This document shows positions 26,450-40,040 of a DNA stretch of 60,687 nucleotides, in pieces; the stretch's first letter is position 1; each line of letters begins with the position of its first letter. The stretch lies in NCBI RefSeq assembly GCF_001194135.2, contig NC_068987.1, forward strand, positions 37,274,912-37,335,598, written 5' to 3'. Origin of the DNA: Octopus bimaculoides (lineage: Eukaryota). The notes below the pieces were generated by a model. That model ran no database searches. It was not told where the DNA came from and worked only from the letters and a program-made list of their open reading frames with translations. Made by a program: the position numbers and the translations under genes.

Positions 26450-27600
26450 TATCTTGCAAATGCCTATATGTCAATGCTCTATAAGCTGGCTGGAGAACTT
26501 TGAACAGGAAACAAATCACAGAAAGGTTCGGATATCGCTTTCTGGTCTACTAGAACAACTTCAATCTGAGAGTCTGTGCTTGAAGAACATTAGAGTGGCA
26601 CAAACTCAATAAGAGCACATATCATTGAACGTACCATTTCATTGATACTTGAAATAACACACTAATAAAGTTTGTTAGTGCAGTACAGAGGGCCACTCAT
26701 GTGTCTATCAGTCGTCCCCCACCACCAATGAGGGTCTTTATGGATGGACTGACTGCAACAGCAACAGCAAGAAGAGATCCCAAAGAGCATTGAGGAGTTG
26801 ATGATCTGGGATTGCATGAGTTCAAAACCAGGTCAAGTTCAGATCTCTTATACTGAAGTAAGTCAGAGTTTGTAGCAAGTTCGGTTTCTCCGTTGCTAGC
26901 ATGCAGGTGCCTTGGAAAGGTATTTATTGGTAGCCTGAAATCCTCAACTTTCCTCTGTGAAACCAGCAAAGAACTGGAAGCCTGGTAATCCACAATGAAT
27001 TAATCAGGTCTACCTGATAAATTTAAGGCCTGGATCTACCATGGATTCTTTGAGAGATCTTGGTATATGAGGTAACAATATCTGCACTAGAGAGCTTTGA
27101 GTGGAGAATCAGTCAGCAGATTCTTTGGGGAATGGTTAGGACTTCCTCGGATCCTGAGTAGCATCGTCCTGTTTAGTTTGAGTAAAAGATTAACGGTTCT
27201 ATTAGGAGCCCAAGAGAAGAATTCATGGTGACACGTACTGCAATACTTAGACTTTTTCAACGCAAAATACTCTCAGGCTGAAATTTAGATCAGGACAGGA
27301 CGAAAGTGAAGAGCAGCGTAGACTACTGAGTCTACAAAGTCGTGGCTAAGACAGGAGTATGGGTGGATTATGTACCTCATGGAAGGTGTGGGTAGCTGCA
27401 CAACTCATTGCCTGACAAGGTGCAAGGAAAGGAGAAAATTAGAATAATAATTGCTGAAAAACATTCAAATTCCAACAAAGAAGTATTATTCAACATACCT
27501 CATCGAGAAAATATTAAGTGTAGTCAAAGGCATGTGCTGGAAAGCCTTGTTCGTTGAGGATCCAACAGCCAATACATCCGGAGCCTTATTTAACATATTT
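26450..27600 (+). mobile_element. Decayed Hero-like (R2 superfamily) LINE RT fragment
   Basis: PPMRVFMDGL at ~26722-26751; EELMIW..M..KP; FRSLILK; EWLGLPRILSSIVLF; IRTGRK. Confidence 0.7.
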
Positions 27601-27629
27601 TATTAAGGAAAGAGAAAGTGTAAGTCTAG

Positions 27630-29420
27630 ATCGTCAAGCTCTGACAGAAATTCAACTTTAAATCACGAAAATACCCTGCTAGGATAGAAAACTTTGAGAA
27701 TTTCAAAGTTAATTTACTAAACATCATCTAAATGGTAAGATTCCGGAATCGTTCCAACCCATTGCCAAACTCTTTAAAGAGTTACATAAAATACTTTAAA
27801 CAAGCACCTACCTAATGCATACGTCTTCGCTGACGAATCAAAGAACATTCATGAAACAAACGCTCCCCCAAACATAAGACTTCTTACAAACACTGTCACC
27901 AAGACACACAAGAAATCAACTCTCCTAAAGATAGAAGATTGTATGAACTGTCTCGCAATGGTCCGACCTTCTATGAAGCTTAACGACCACAAGTCCAACA
28001 AGTTTTCAGTCTTAAATGTCAGCTACTGAACTTTTCTGGGAGCATGAGTGGCAATGTAATTATAGTTTTAATAGTATCAGCTTCAGTATCAGAAGGCTAC
28101 ATGGCTGAGCCTGTGAAAGTGCAGCACCGCGGTAATCAACTGGAATCGAGCAACCTGCAAGTTTACTCACGGATTTCTACACTTCAGTATCGAAATTCCA
28201 TCTCTAGAAGTAGCGACCTCAATGTCAGAATCGTTGTGAACGCTAGAAAATCATTCCCGATTCACTATGATTCTTATATGGTAGAAAAAATGGAAGGTGA
28301 CACATAGTTCGATGTATCCATGGGGAGTTATGACGGGACTGAGGTTGTCGATCCTGTCGTGATATTCATCTTGGATGCTCTAAAATAATATTCACACCCC
28401 ACAGTTCGGCCTTGTATAAGGATGGTGATCTGGCCATCTCAAACCATATGATCGGCTACTCCATGGACAAATTCAAGTAGAATGGTGTAAACAACTTCAA
28501 AGAATTTGGCCTAGCAGTAAACTGTTACTACCACAAGTTAAAAAAAAGTCAACTTACTGAACGTATGCTTAGATCTCGAAACAGGCATGCGCTACTCATA
28601 CAGAAATATCTGTAAACTTGTCCTGGGGGTGATTGGAGTGTCAAAAATACTTCAACCACACTCTAGCTGCAGTTAGAAAATTAGTCTCTGTCACCAGCAG
28701 AAGAATCTTCAGTCTATCGGTGGGTAGAGAGATTTCCAACAGGACCACACCGTACTATAACGAATCACTAACGAAGAATGGCTTTACCGATACGTTTGTG
28801 TATACGTCATTCCCAAAATCTGAAAAGATCCTTTATCCACAAAATCCGAAGAGATTAAGAAATAAAAAACTAATCTGATTTAATCTTACATTTGATCTAG
28901 AGGCTTAAACTAATATAGCTTGGTACGTCTTCATACTAATTTGAAAGTATTTCCCAACGGCATATCGATGTATTTTTTAAATTTTCATAACGTCAAGGAT
29001 AGCTACTCTTACTTAGATAGCTTCGCTTCCATTATTGCGCACTAAAACAGAAGAAATCACACACATAGCCTTCAACCTACACTCCAGGTTGTAACTTCCA
29101 AGATTTTACAAACTGCCCATTGAGATTGAGCTTGATTCACCAAAACCCACCCCCACACCATCCGATAGCATCCCAAGACACTAGATGGATAGGAAAGTCA
29201 ATGACTTTAAGCGAAGATACACGTCACACATGTGCTCCTTTTGGTGTTGGAAGAAGGGAAATACCTATTCACTTTTCGGTTTCATCATGAGGGTCAAGCA
29301 CTATTAGAACGACGTCCTCAACTTCACATCTCGAGCTCGTAATTGCAAAGTCTACCACCGCGAAAAACTTCACATGATCCATCAGCCTGCTGTATCTATC
29401 AATTGAAAAAAACAACCAGC
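27630..29420 (+). mobile_element. Decayed Penelope-like element, Naiad-type RT with a downstream GIY-YIG remnant
   Basis: FDVSMGSYDGTEVVD at 28308; frameshifted GLY(K)DDLAI-like remnant of the YxDD motif; LI*FNLTF...TN...KYFP; later CN...CPL and FKRRYTSH. Confidence 0.8.
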
Positions 29421-30841
29421 AGTATTGTCACGAGAGGAACATCGTCCTGTTCATGAACTTCAAGCCATTGGCTGCTAATAAGCTGGGTATACACCCTCAG
29501 TCTGGCCTGCCCACACACAATGGCAGGGTTTATCGGTAGATATTGCAACCAACTCTCACGCAAACTCACATATAATCTAATGTAATCAAATCAGTTTCCT
29601 CTCGATGAGATAATTGTTATTACTGAAATACCACACTCTGCAGATTGATGAGTAACTGATACCAACATACTGTCTGCCCTACTACTTGCAATATCCAGTC
29701 TAAAGATCTGATGTTGCTACATTCTGCACAATGTCAGCAGAGTGGTGCCAACATCTTGTGTACTCCAGTACGGGGACCTGTCATTATAATAATTGATGTT
29801 GCTATGGTAGCAAACACAGCCAAGTAACCAGAAAGTTAACCACTGGAGGCTTATATACTCTCACCAAAAATCTATCTTAAATTTCTTTCAAATTCTCTCC
29901 CTCGCTCTGAAAATTTTATGATGTAGATGTGAGCTACGTTCACGAAATTTTATGTAAGGTGAGTCAGACTGCCAGTAAATACAAGTAACTCAACCAATTG
30001 TCTTGAGTGCTACTTTCATTGATATTGGTATCGTGTGAGAAATGTACTTTTATACAAACAGGAATCACTCTTTTCTTATAAACAACAGAATTTCTCCAAA
30101 AGAAACAGTATGCTGCTTTTCTAATATATTTATATATGTAAGTGTGTGTGTGTTATTTATCGATCACTAAGATATGAAAGGCAAATTGAAATATTGATAG
30201 GATTTGAACTAGGAAAGTAAAAGCAGTCATCAAATTGAGTACGGTATTTTATCGGTCGTTTCACCGATTCTGCCAAACAAAATCAACAACAACAACTGCA
30301 ACTACTACAAAAGCCAACAACTACAACTATAAAAACAACAACCGTTACAATAATAACAACGTGGTGGCTCAACGTTAAATTGGCATGAAGATCCTTAACA
30401 TTAAAGATGGGAATGTTAAAAGAAACAAACACAAAAGAAAAGACAGGAATAAGAAAATAATGCCAAAATATATTTCAAAACTGGGGTGATGTATTCGGAA
30501 ACATCTGAAAAGAAGGTTAAACTATGGATTGAAAATAATTCTTGAAATGTTTATATGGGGGCGACTTTCTGTTTGTGGAGATGGGTAAAAGGGTAGGTGG
30601 ATATTGGTTCTTTTGTTTTCTTCGGAATTTCTGCATCTTGAGATTCCTTGCATTGTTTCGCGAGCAGAAGTATAAGCGAAACAACTGAGTGATTAACTAT
30701 TAGAATCTTGTTTACTTGTTTAACTGATAGAATCAGATAGCGGACAGTGAAAGTTACTGTTGCATTCAGTGTCAGATAACAGGCAAACAGATCAATAAAG
30801 CGTGTGCGTGTGTAGAGAGAGGCGTATTATAAGAAGGGAGA

Positions 30842-30893
<52 letters not shown>

Positions 30894-31316
30894 CACTATA
30901 TGTGAGTAAATTTTTATGTTTGTATATGCGTATGTGTGTATATATATATATATGAGTGTGTGTGTTTGCGCATGTGTGTGTATTATACGAATACATATAT
31001 ATATATACGTTATGTTATGTGTATATATGTGTGTTTGCGTGTGTGTTGGCACACACACATACATATATCGTTGCTATTATGTTAAACTGTCGAATGTCCA
31101 AATTTGTCCAAATGCGTTTATTTTTCAATATACATTTTTGATTGCAAAAGCCAGTTCTTTTGGTCAAACTATCGTAACTCCAGCTGCTTCAGATGCTAAG
31201 ATATAAAAAAATTGTCAAAGTGTAGTACAACGATTTTGATATGGAATGGTGAAACTATTTTTCGTTTTCTGAAGAAACAACGTTTTGGACTTACGACATT
31301 TTGCATAAGAGCAACG

Positions 31317-31390
<74 letters not shown>

Positions 31391-31435
31391 ATACATGCAC
31401 ACGTATATATATATATATGTATATATGTATGTATG

Positions 31436-31471
<36 letters not shown>

Positions 31472-31735
31472 TAATCAAGGGTTCAAGGGTACTGATATAC
31501 ATCACCTACACGCTTGAGATAAACGTCAAAAGACTCTAAAAACCACTTCAAAGTCACACTCCATTAAGCACAAAGCTGAAAGCGTGCAAATGAATAAAGG
31601 AGTATTAGTAAAAATGTGAGGTTAATTCTAGATCTAGAATTAACCTCAAAATTTTACTAAATCTCCTTTAACGTGGTTTTTAGAGTCTATCTCTAGCGTA
31701 TAGGTGCTGTTTCTCAGTAGCCTTAATTACAATTA

Positions 31736-33600
31736 CTAGCTGAATCGCTGCCCTCCGTGCGGTCGATTCAGCTAATACATATCTAATCTCCTGATCGTAG
31801 TTTGAAAGTAAAAAGTGAAACTTACTATAATTTCCTTTCATACCCTTATACCCTGAGTCCAAAGCCAATATATGCTCATTGTTCTCAGAACCAACACTGC
31901 TGTTGGCAACATAGAACTGAACATGGCTGATATGTGTTGGCAGATAAATTCCAACTTTTTTGGATTTCTTTGATGTCATTCCAAAAGCCGGCTTTACAGG
32001 AAACTACTTCCTGGAAAATGAGAACAGATAGTCTTCAGTGGTGGTCAGTGGAATTCTTGGTGTCATTATTCGGATTCCAGCATGGGTCCCATTGGCTACT
32101 TCTGCTTCAATAAGGTGATTGTACAGATTCAAGAATATATATCTTGTTCCGTTGCAATGACCTGATAGATCAAGGTTTCTGAGCAGCATAATGGAAGAGT
32201 ACTTCTTCAAAACCAAAATGTATGGTGGAAACCCTGATGGATTGAGATCATTGATCAGTTCCAGCAGGAACTCAGTCTCGTTTTCGTGTAAAGTGACACA
32301 ACTTATAGAAGTTTCGACATGAAATACTGTATTCACTTCTTCAGCAGCCTTGTTTGTAGGAGTAATGATGGCTCTGCTACTCATCCATAGTTCCTCTCTA
32401 TATTTCTTACCAATACCCCTGAAGGCCATTTCACAATGGTCCGTAGCCTTGTAGAGGCAATCAAATGCAGTGGAGGAATAAATATTTCGTATTCACCAAT
32501 TTCTTGATTGATAAGAAATGTTCCATTCCCAGCTGGTCAAGATAGGATGAGAAAGCAGTGTCATCACCGCCAGAATTTTGGACTGCCATATTGACAGACA
32601 AATTCAGGCTTTAGGCATGGTTTCAAATATAAGACTGTTTTAATGTGACATGAACAGTCTGGGCCCTGGAACCTCTTTGCACCACGACCAATATCTGCTT
32701 CCAGTCTCCAGAAGACAAAATATTCAGACTGCCAAACAGCTTAGCTGATTCTTGTCTAACTTCTCTGAGACAGCGATCAACGCATTCATAGACACGCCTA
32801 TGGCTCATCGTAATCTTGTCAATAACCAGTAGCCTTGCCTTTTGGAAAAGTTTTCCACTGGAATCAATTACTTTCATGTGGTATACAGATTCCTCTATCA
32901 GGGCATGTTCTGTTAAAAATGTTTTCACAGTAGTGCAACACAAGGCTTGGGTTTCGTTCTTTCTCATGAAAATCTTCCACTTCAACTTCCATAACCATTC
33001 TCTCAGTGTCAGTTCTTTGCTGACGAAGTCTTGATTGGTATCATCCCTGGCTGTTTGCTTGTAGCTGCTGAATTTGTGGCAGCGATGTGTTTTCCCTAGA
33101 GTTCTGTTTCCTCAGTCGATCGGTATTCCTCCGTGCTTCTGTTTCATGTGGTGTTTTCATTGCACGGCTTTTCTGTGTTCTCAACCGATTCGCATTCCGC
33201 CATACTTCTGTTTTTTTTTCTGTTTTTTCTATTGCACGGGTTTCTTATGTTCTGATCTGATTCGCATTCGTCTGTGCTTCTGAACCTTCTGGTCTTTCCA
33301 TTGCACGGGTTTCTCGTCTCTTCAGCCGATCTGCATTTCTCTGTGTCCCTGTTTCTTCTGGTGTTTTCATTGCACGGGTTTCTTGCATTTTTCGCTTTAT
33401 TTCGAGACACTGAGAAGAGCTAGGTCCTTGTCTGTTTTCTTCAGTTAGCATCTGTTGACTTTGCTCAGCGATCTTTGGTGAACGAGAATTTTTTAGGGAC
33501 AGGTTGTTGCCCTTTCTTTTTCTGGGCATAGCGTACTATTGAAAGCGTGAATATTTATGATAATTATAAAGTAGAAGTCTTGAGACTATTCACCTAATAT
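31736..33600 (-). mobile_element. Internally deleted Helitron (N-terminal repeats fused to a PIF1 helicase remnant)
   Basis: MPRKRK...repeated ETRAM units; LVIDKITMSHRR...GDWKQIL; ITPTNKAAEEVN; PSGFPP...IMLLRNLD...CNGTR; FPVKPAF.MT...SHVQFYVA. Terminal CTAG at 31736-31739. 5' end uncertain (gap). Confidence 0.88.
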
Positions 33601-34960
33601 TTGAGCTAATTTCTCTGAACGGGAAGTTTTCACGATATTAATCGTAAATGTTTACAATATATANNNNNNNNNNNNNNNNNNNNNNNNNNNNNNNNNNNNN
33701 NNNNNNNNNNNNNNNNNNNNNNNNNNNNNNNNNNNNNNNNNNNNNNNNNNNNNNNNNNNNNNNNNNNNNNNNNNNNNNNNNNNNNNNNNNNNNNNTCTCT
33801 TTCTCTCTCTTTCTCTCTCTCTCTCTTTCTCTCTCACACATATTTACTACTTCTTTTACTTCGTTCTTTCTTAACCGGTTGCGTTCTTTCAAATGTCTCT
33901 ATCAGTGTCATTTTGAAAAAAAACAAAACAAAAAAAAAACAGATTGCAATTACACCATACTCGCTAAACACTATCTTAAAGTGCAATTTTTTTATGTTAT
34001 TGAATTGCTCTAAACGAATTTGACCATAAAAATGTTGGAAACTTAGTATTTCTTTTTTAGATATTAATAACATTTGTCGGCCGTCGGAGCTATTGTTATG
34101 CCTGTTTACGTCGTTGCATGTATAAATATGTTATTGCATGTACTTTCGTCTGATGTTTCACGCATGTGTAGAAATTTGAAATAGCAGACCTAAAAGATAT
34201 GAAAATTTCGGAAACTTTGCGCATTCGACTGCATGAAAATAGGTTCGACTAATGTTATTATTACCTTAACAAATACTAAATTTCTACTTTTATAGTCAAA
34301 TTGGTTTAGATTAATTCAACAGCATAAAAATCGCGCTTTAAACTAGTGTTTAGCGAGAGTGGTGTAATTGAATATATATATGTATGTGCACATGCTTACA
34401 CACATTCACGCATAAGCATATATTTACACGCGTCTATGTGTCTATATATGCATACGTACTTATGCGTGAGCGCAGCGTTTGTGTATACCTCTATACTGTA
34501 TATGCTTAGGAAGGTAGGTGGCTGGTTAGACATCTGTGAAAAGTTTCTACTGTATAGATGGTTCTCAGGTGAACAACACTTCAACTGACATAATGATGGA
34601 TAAATTACCACTGAAGAAGAAGCTGTCTTGTCTTGTTTATTTGACTAATCTTTCAGCCTCGTGTCTGCTTCCGCTCACCATAGACTTATGTATGCACTTA
34701 GGCTGAATGGCATCAGCGTTGCATACACACGCGCGAGCACGCACACACACATCACGCGCACACACACACATACACTACATTTGCACGCACATATGTACAC
34801 ACATATATATGGAAGAAAAGGAAAAAAAGAAAATTGAGTTCAGTGATGTTTCAAAAATTCCTATTTGCCCTACAACTGTTTCCATGATCCACGCACAGAC
34901 ATTGTCAACCAAATAGTAATTACATAATTATCAATTGTAGTTATTAAATTAATTCGGTTG

Positions 34961-35017
34961 AAAGTAATGTGGAAGTCGTTTCATACGTTCCGTATGGAAC
35001 GACTTCCACATTACTTT
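34961..35017. repeat. Near-perfect 27-bp hairpin with a 3-nt loop
   Basis: AAAGTAATGTGGAAGTCGTTTCATACG-TTC-CGTATGGAACGACTTCCACATTACTTT; 26 of 27 pairs are Watson-Crick. Confidence 0.95.
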
Positions 35018-35173
35018 TTTGAAATGTGAAAATCAAATCATTGTTTCGGGTTTAAATATAACATACAAAATGATTATAGAAAGAAAATAAGTACGTATAG
35101 TAGAAAATATATGTAATAAAAATGAAAAAATTACATTTGAAAATATATATAAGAGAGAGAGAGAGAGAGAAAA

Positions 35174-35220
<47 letters not shown>

Positions 35221-35223
35221 AAA

Positions 35224-35293
<70 letters not shown>

Positions 35294-35795
35294 GTGTTCT
35301 GAAGGCAACATTCAACTAATCCAAAAATTTGCCATTTTCCGGAAAGCAACAAATCTGTTCAAGTCTCTTAATCAAATGGTAACTCTTTAAACCCATCTGC
35401 TAAATATGTTGCAATATAACAGAGCAAATATTTTGCTCAATACCACAGATTTGTTTGTCATTTATTTGACCTTAAGAGGAATTGACAATTGCTACTTGAA
35501 ATGACAATGTCAACGTCAAAATGTAGTATATAAAATATACGATGTAGTAATACTTCTAAATTGGATGAACTGCAATTTTTAAAAAAGATTTTGACATTGT
35601 CACTCATTCTCTTATGAAAAACTCAAATTTTCCACTTCTTTTGCTTAACATACATTCAATCTAAAATTTAAAGGTACGATTTATAACTTAGAATGATCTT
35701 CAAACATATTGTCTTGCATTCCTCAGCAGTTACAGTCAATTTCTCAAACGTAGATGTAAACTCTGCCGTCTTTCTTTTGTTTCCCTCTAGTCAAC

Positions 35796-35833
35796 TTTAC
35801 CTTGAAGAAGGGAGATGTCCGAAACGTTGGATA
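35796..35833 (+). ncRNA. Degenerate minimal hammerhead-like motif; sister copy at 60581-60620
   Basis: CCUUGAAGA AG GGA-GAUG-UCC GAAAC GUU GGAUA. The upstream context GATGTAAACTCTG..TCTTTCTTTT is shared with 60557-60580. Confidence 0.45.
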
Positions 35834-36179
35834 CTCAACTTCCAGCAGCAGTTTTACCGGGTGCCATATATTTGGTTTTCCACAGAGTATTGTTCTAGAG
35901 AATGTCTGTCAAAACATAAGTAAATTAAAAGTCTGTTTTAAAAGCAATCTGATTTTAAGATGACAGTAAAAGATCTCTACTGTTATGTACATTTAAAAGT
36001 ATTCTGACAGTTTGCGGATTAAAATATTTTGGGGGATTGCATAGACAACATTTTACGTAGGATATGAACAGTTCCCATAAGCACTATTTTTTGAATTTCT
36101 TCCCTTTTTAGATTTCCTGGTAAGTAGCAACCAACCATTTACCAGTAAGAATATCTAAGGCAGCAGTTTTAGCACGGGT

Positions 36180-37095
36180 TTTCATACGCTTAGCTGTTTC
36201 TGTGCTTGTTTCCAGTCGATTATTCTGAGATTTGTTGTATTTGGAATTCACTTAGCTATTCCTTTTCCTGTTTTGTTACTGAGTATGATGTTTTCTCGTT
36301 TTCATGCCTTAAGACAAGTTTTAACAGTCATCAAATTTTTTCAGGTAGGTGTTTAGGCCAATTGTGAGAATTTTCATTGTTAATTCCAGTTGTAAAAGTC
36401 CACGGCCATCCTCTTTTTTTGGCAGGTAAAGTCGTCCTATATCTGCCTTACAGTGGTGCATTGTCAACAATTTTCGTATTTTTCTGTCAAAATTACAGAT
36501 TTCAGTAATTGACCAGTTAATAATATTGAAACTGTGAGTCACGACCGGTATGGCTAAAGTATTGATCACTTCGATCCTGTTTCTTGCATTTAGCTCTATC
36601 TTGAGTATTGCCCTTACCCTGCGAAAACATTCTTTTCTGATCTTTTCCCTCATCATTGAATGTTTCATTCTATCACCTTCAAATATTGCCTAGGTATTTA
36701 TAGCCCTGCGCTGGTTCTAAGTCCTTTATGACATTCTATTGGTCAAGATTAACGTTGGATGTTTCTATCATTTTTCCTCTAAGAAAGGTACCTTTTGCAC
36801 ATTTATCCATCCTGATGAACTGTTTAACAATTGCCAGTTGTCCCTGTAGTTCTTGGTCACTTGTTTCAAGGTGCTTTAAATCATCCATGTAAAAGATATG
36901 ATTTATATTTTTATCGAACATTTTTTAGCCGTATTGTACATCGTCGAGCAATTTCGAAAGTGGTATTAAGGGTAGACAATAAGAAGAGTGGTGATAGAGA
37001 ATCACCCTGGAAAATGTCACAGGAAATTCTTACATCAATATCGAAAGATTCATTGTCAGTGTTCAAAGTTTGTGGGGTTCTCCATCGTTTCACTT
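36180..37095 (-). mobile_element. R4/Dong-type LINE RT fragment
   Basis: IFQGDSLSPL; INHIFYMDDLK; IRKECFRRVRAILKIELNARNRIEVINTLAIPVV. Confidence 0.88.
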
Positions 37096-37104
37096 ACAGA
37101 TAAG

Positions 37105-37909
37105 AAGTTTCGCAGAGCAGAGTCAGTTGGGCACCGTCTGTGAGAAAAACAGAATCATGACGCAATTCACTCTGCCAGAAATTTGGAAACGACATGCTGT
37201 ACTGCTTGGCATTCGCGCCGAAGCGCCAATACGAATATTTTAGAGTGTTTGGGTGTCAATCTGAGGACAATGCAATGTGAGGACATATACCGAGAGTGAT
37301 AAAAATCAAACATCCAGTCAACATCATGGTGTTTGGAGTGATCACTAGTGATGGCGACGTTATGCCTCCATTCATCTTCCCACACACCATCACACTCAAC
37401 ACGGAGGCCTAAATTAAGTGCCTGGAGGAGGTAGTGCTACTCTGAGTCATGAGGGTGACTGCTGAAAGACCATATATCTGACAATAGAAATGTGCACCAT
37501 GCCACTCAAGCAGGAGAACCCAATTATGGCTGTCAAACAATTTCTTCGATCACATCATCCCTAACATTTGGCTACCTAACTCCCCAGAATACAAACCCTT
37601 TGATTATTATGTGTGGAGTGCAGTTGAGCGAGAGACCAACAAAATTTCTTGTAACACCAAAGATGAACTGAAAGCACGGATTATGGCAGCATTGACCAAC
37701 TTAAACAAGGAGACTGTCCAGAAGAGTTGCAGGAGATACTGAAGTCGTCTGGAGGCCGTGGTTGAAGCAAATGGTGATTTTATTGAATAAATTTACTCTA
37801 CTTTTTCAAGATATTTATATAATTTTGCTAAATATATCTGTTAAAATGAGATGTTAGTGTTATTTTCATTTTTGGTTAATTTAGACGACAGTTTATTCAC
37901 CGCACCCTG
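37105..37909 (+). mobile_element. Tc1/mariner transposon of DD37D (maT-like) type, 3' part
   Basis: HPVNIMVFGVITSDGDVMPP; 37 residues between the decayed QQD position and the D of PFDYYVWS; ends ...CACCGCACCCTG followed by TA. Confidence 0.85.
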
Positions 37910-38331
37910 TATATATATANNNNNNNNNNNNNNNNNNNNNNNNNNNNNNNNNNNNNNNNNNNNNNNNNNNNNNNNNNNNNNNNNNNNNNNNNNNNNNNNN
38001 NNNNNNNNNNNNNNNNNNNNNNNNNNNNNNNNNNNNNNNNNNNNNNNNNNNNNNNNNNNNNNNNNNNNNNNNNNNNNNNNNNNNNNNNNNNNNNNNNNNN
38101 NNNNNNNNNNNNNNNNNNNNNNNNNNNNNNNNNNNNNNNNNNNNNNNNNNNNNNNNNNNNNNNNNNNNNNNNNNNNNNNNNNNNNNNNNNNNNNNNNNNN
38201 NNNNNNNNNNNNNNNNNNNNNNNNNNNNNNNNNNNNNNNNNNNNNNNNNNNNNNNNNNNNNNNNNNNNNNNNNNNNNNNNNNNNNNNNNNNNNNNNNNNN
38301 NNNTATATATATATATATATATATATATATC

Positions 38332-38708
38332 GTGGCACTCCGTCGTTTACGACGACGAGGGTTCCAGTTGATCCAATCAAGGGAACAGCCTGCTCGTGAA
38401 ATTAGCGTGCAAGTGGCTGAGCACTCCACAGACACGTGTACACTTAACGTAGTTCTCGGGGAGATTCAACGTGACACAGAGCGTGACAAGGCTGGCCCTT
38501 TGAAATACAGGTATTGCAGAAACAGGAAGAAAGAGTGAGAGAAAGCTGTGGTGAAAGAATACAGCCGGATTCACCACCTCACGCCAGAGCTTCGTGGAGC
38601 TTTAGGTGTTTTCGCTCAATAAACACTCACAGCACCCGGTCTGGGAATCGAAACCGCGATCCTACGACCACGAGTCTGCTGCCCTAACCACTGGGCCATT
38701 GCGCTTCC
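38332..38708 (-). mobile_element. tRNA-derived SINE family C, full length
   Basis: Head GCGCAATGGCCCAGTGGTTAGGGCAGCAGACTCG...GGTTTCGATTCCCAG with A and B boxes; tail ...CGACGGAGTGCCAC. Confidence 0.92.
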
Positions 38709-38723
38709 ACACGTGTGTGTGTG

Positions 38724-38767
<44 letters not shown>

Positions 38768-39041
38768 TGTATGTATATATGTGTATGTAAGTATACACAG
38801 ACACAGGCACACAGACACATATATATATAGTGTACAGAAAATATATGTAGTTATTTATTCATGTGTGTAAATATTACAATGAATGCAGTAATGTACGATG
38901 GTAGCTGGATATTTATGATGGTATGTAGGTATCTGAGTAGCTGGCTGTGAAGGTTGGAAACAACTAAGTGGGTAGGAATGCGTATCATTTATAAGAATGC
39001 ATATATGTGTCTATGTATATATATATATATGTGTGTTTGTG

Positions 39042-39077
<36 letters not shown>

Positions 39078-39826
39078 TGTGCAAACATACATACGCACAT
39101 GCACACACACATACGCACGCACACACAAACACACACACACACAGTCACACACACACAAACACACATGCAGACTCTTACAAACAAAGAAAAGATAAAGAGT
39201 CAGATAAAGCAACGTGGATGACATTACTCAAGCGGGCGTATTGACTGTTATTCAAAGGTAAAAATGTTGTCATACAAGGGGGACTGAGCTTCGATTTCAA
39301 TCTCCATTTGTAGACATGCCTTCTGTTCTATCACTAAAGAATTTGGGTGGGAGTCACTCGTTTTCTCAGCCTTAAAGAATTCTTCTCGCCTCGTTCTGAC
39401 TGTATGGTAAGGAGTCTGCTTTCCAACCACATAGTTCCGGGTACAGTCCTGCTGCATAGCACCTTGGGCAAGTGACTTCTGCTATAGGTCCGGGTTGATC
39501 AAAATGTTTACGTCAATAATTTGTCTTACCAAAGGCATGGAGGCTCCACTTCCCATTTTTTGTCTGTTAATATCAGATCTTTATAAAGATACCAGTAACT
39601 TATTTGATATGTGTCTGGGAGAAATTTTTGGATTATAGCTATTTTTTTATTGCTTAGTTAGGTGTAGATTACTGTCCATGAGCCTTTACCGGGATTTCGA
39701 AACGATTAGGAAGGATAGGTAACGTATCCGCAACAGCTGGATTGTTTGTAACAGAGGGAACTCTTCGAAGGGTACCTAATGACCAGATACTGGTGTCAAA
39801 CTGGAAGTCATTATCTAGCAGCCAAG

Positions 39827-40040
39827 GAGGGCGGTGAGCTGGCAGAATCGTTAGTACTCCGGGCAAAATGCTTAACGGCATTTCGTCCGTTTTTACATTC
39901 TGAATTCAAATACCACCGAGGTCGACTTTGCTTTCATCGTTTTGGGCTCGATAAATTAAGTACCAGTGAAACACTGGGGTCGATGTAATCGACTAGTCCA
40001 CTCGCCCAAGATTTCAGGCCTTGCGCCTTTAGTAGAAACG
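39827..40040 (+). mobile_element. SINE family A with a 17-bp target-site duplication
   Basis: ATTATCTAGCAGCCAAG (39810-39826) and ATTATCTAGCAACCAAG (40041-40057) flank the element. Confidence 0.93.

Noticed and set aside
28872-28884. In-frame TGA in the Naiad-type PLE as possible selenocysteine
   Set aside because: It falls at a conserved Trp (IWFN), so a TGG-to-TGA decay mutation is simpler; the element has many other stops.
39671-39720. Possible small exon (AG...GTAACG)
   Set aside because: Too short and no homology evidence; chance splice-like sites are common.
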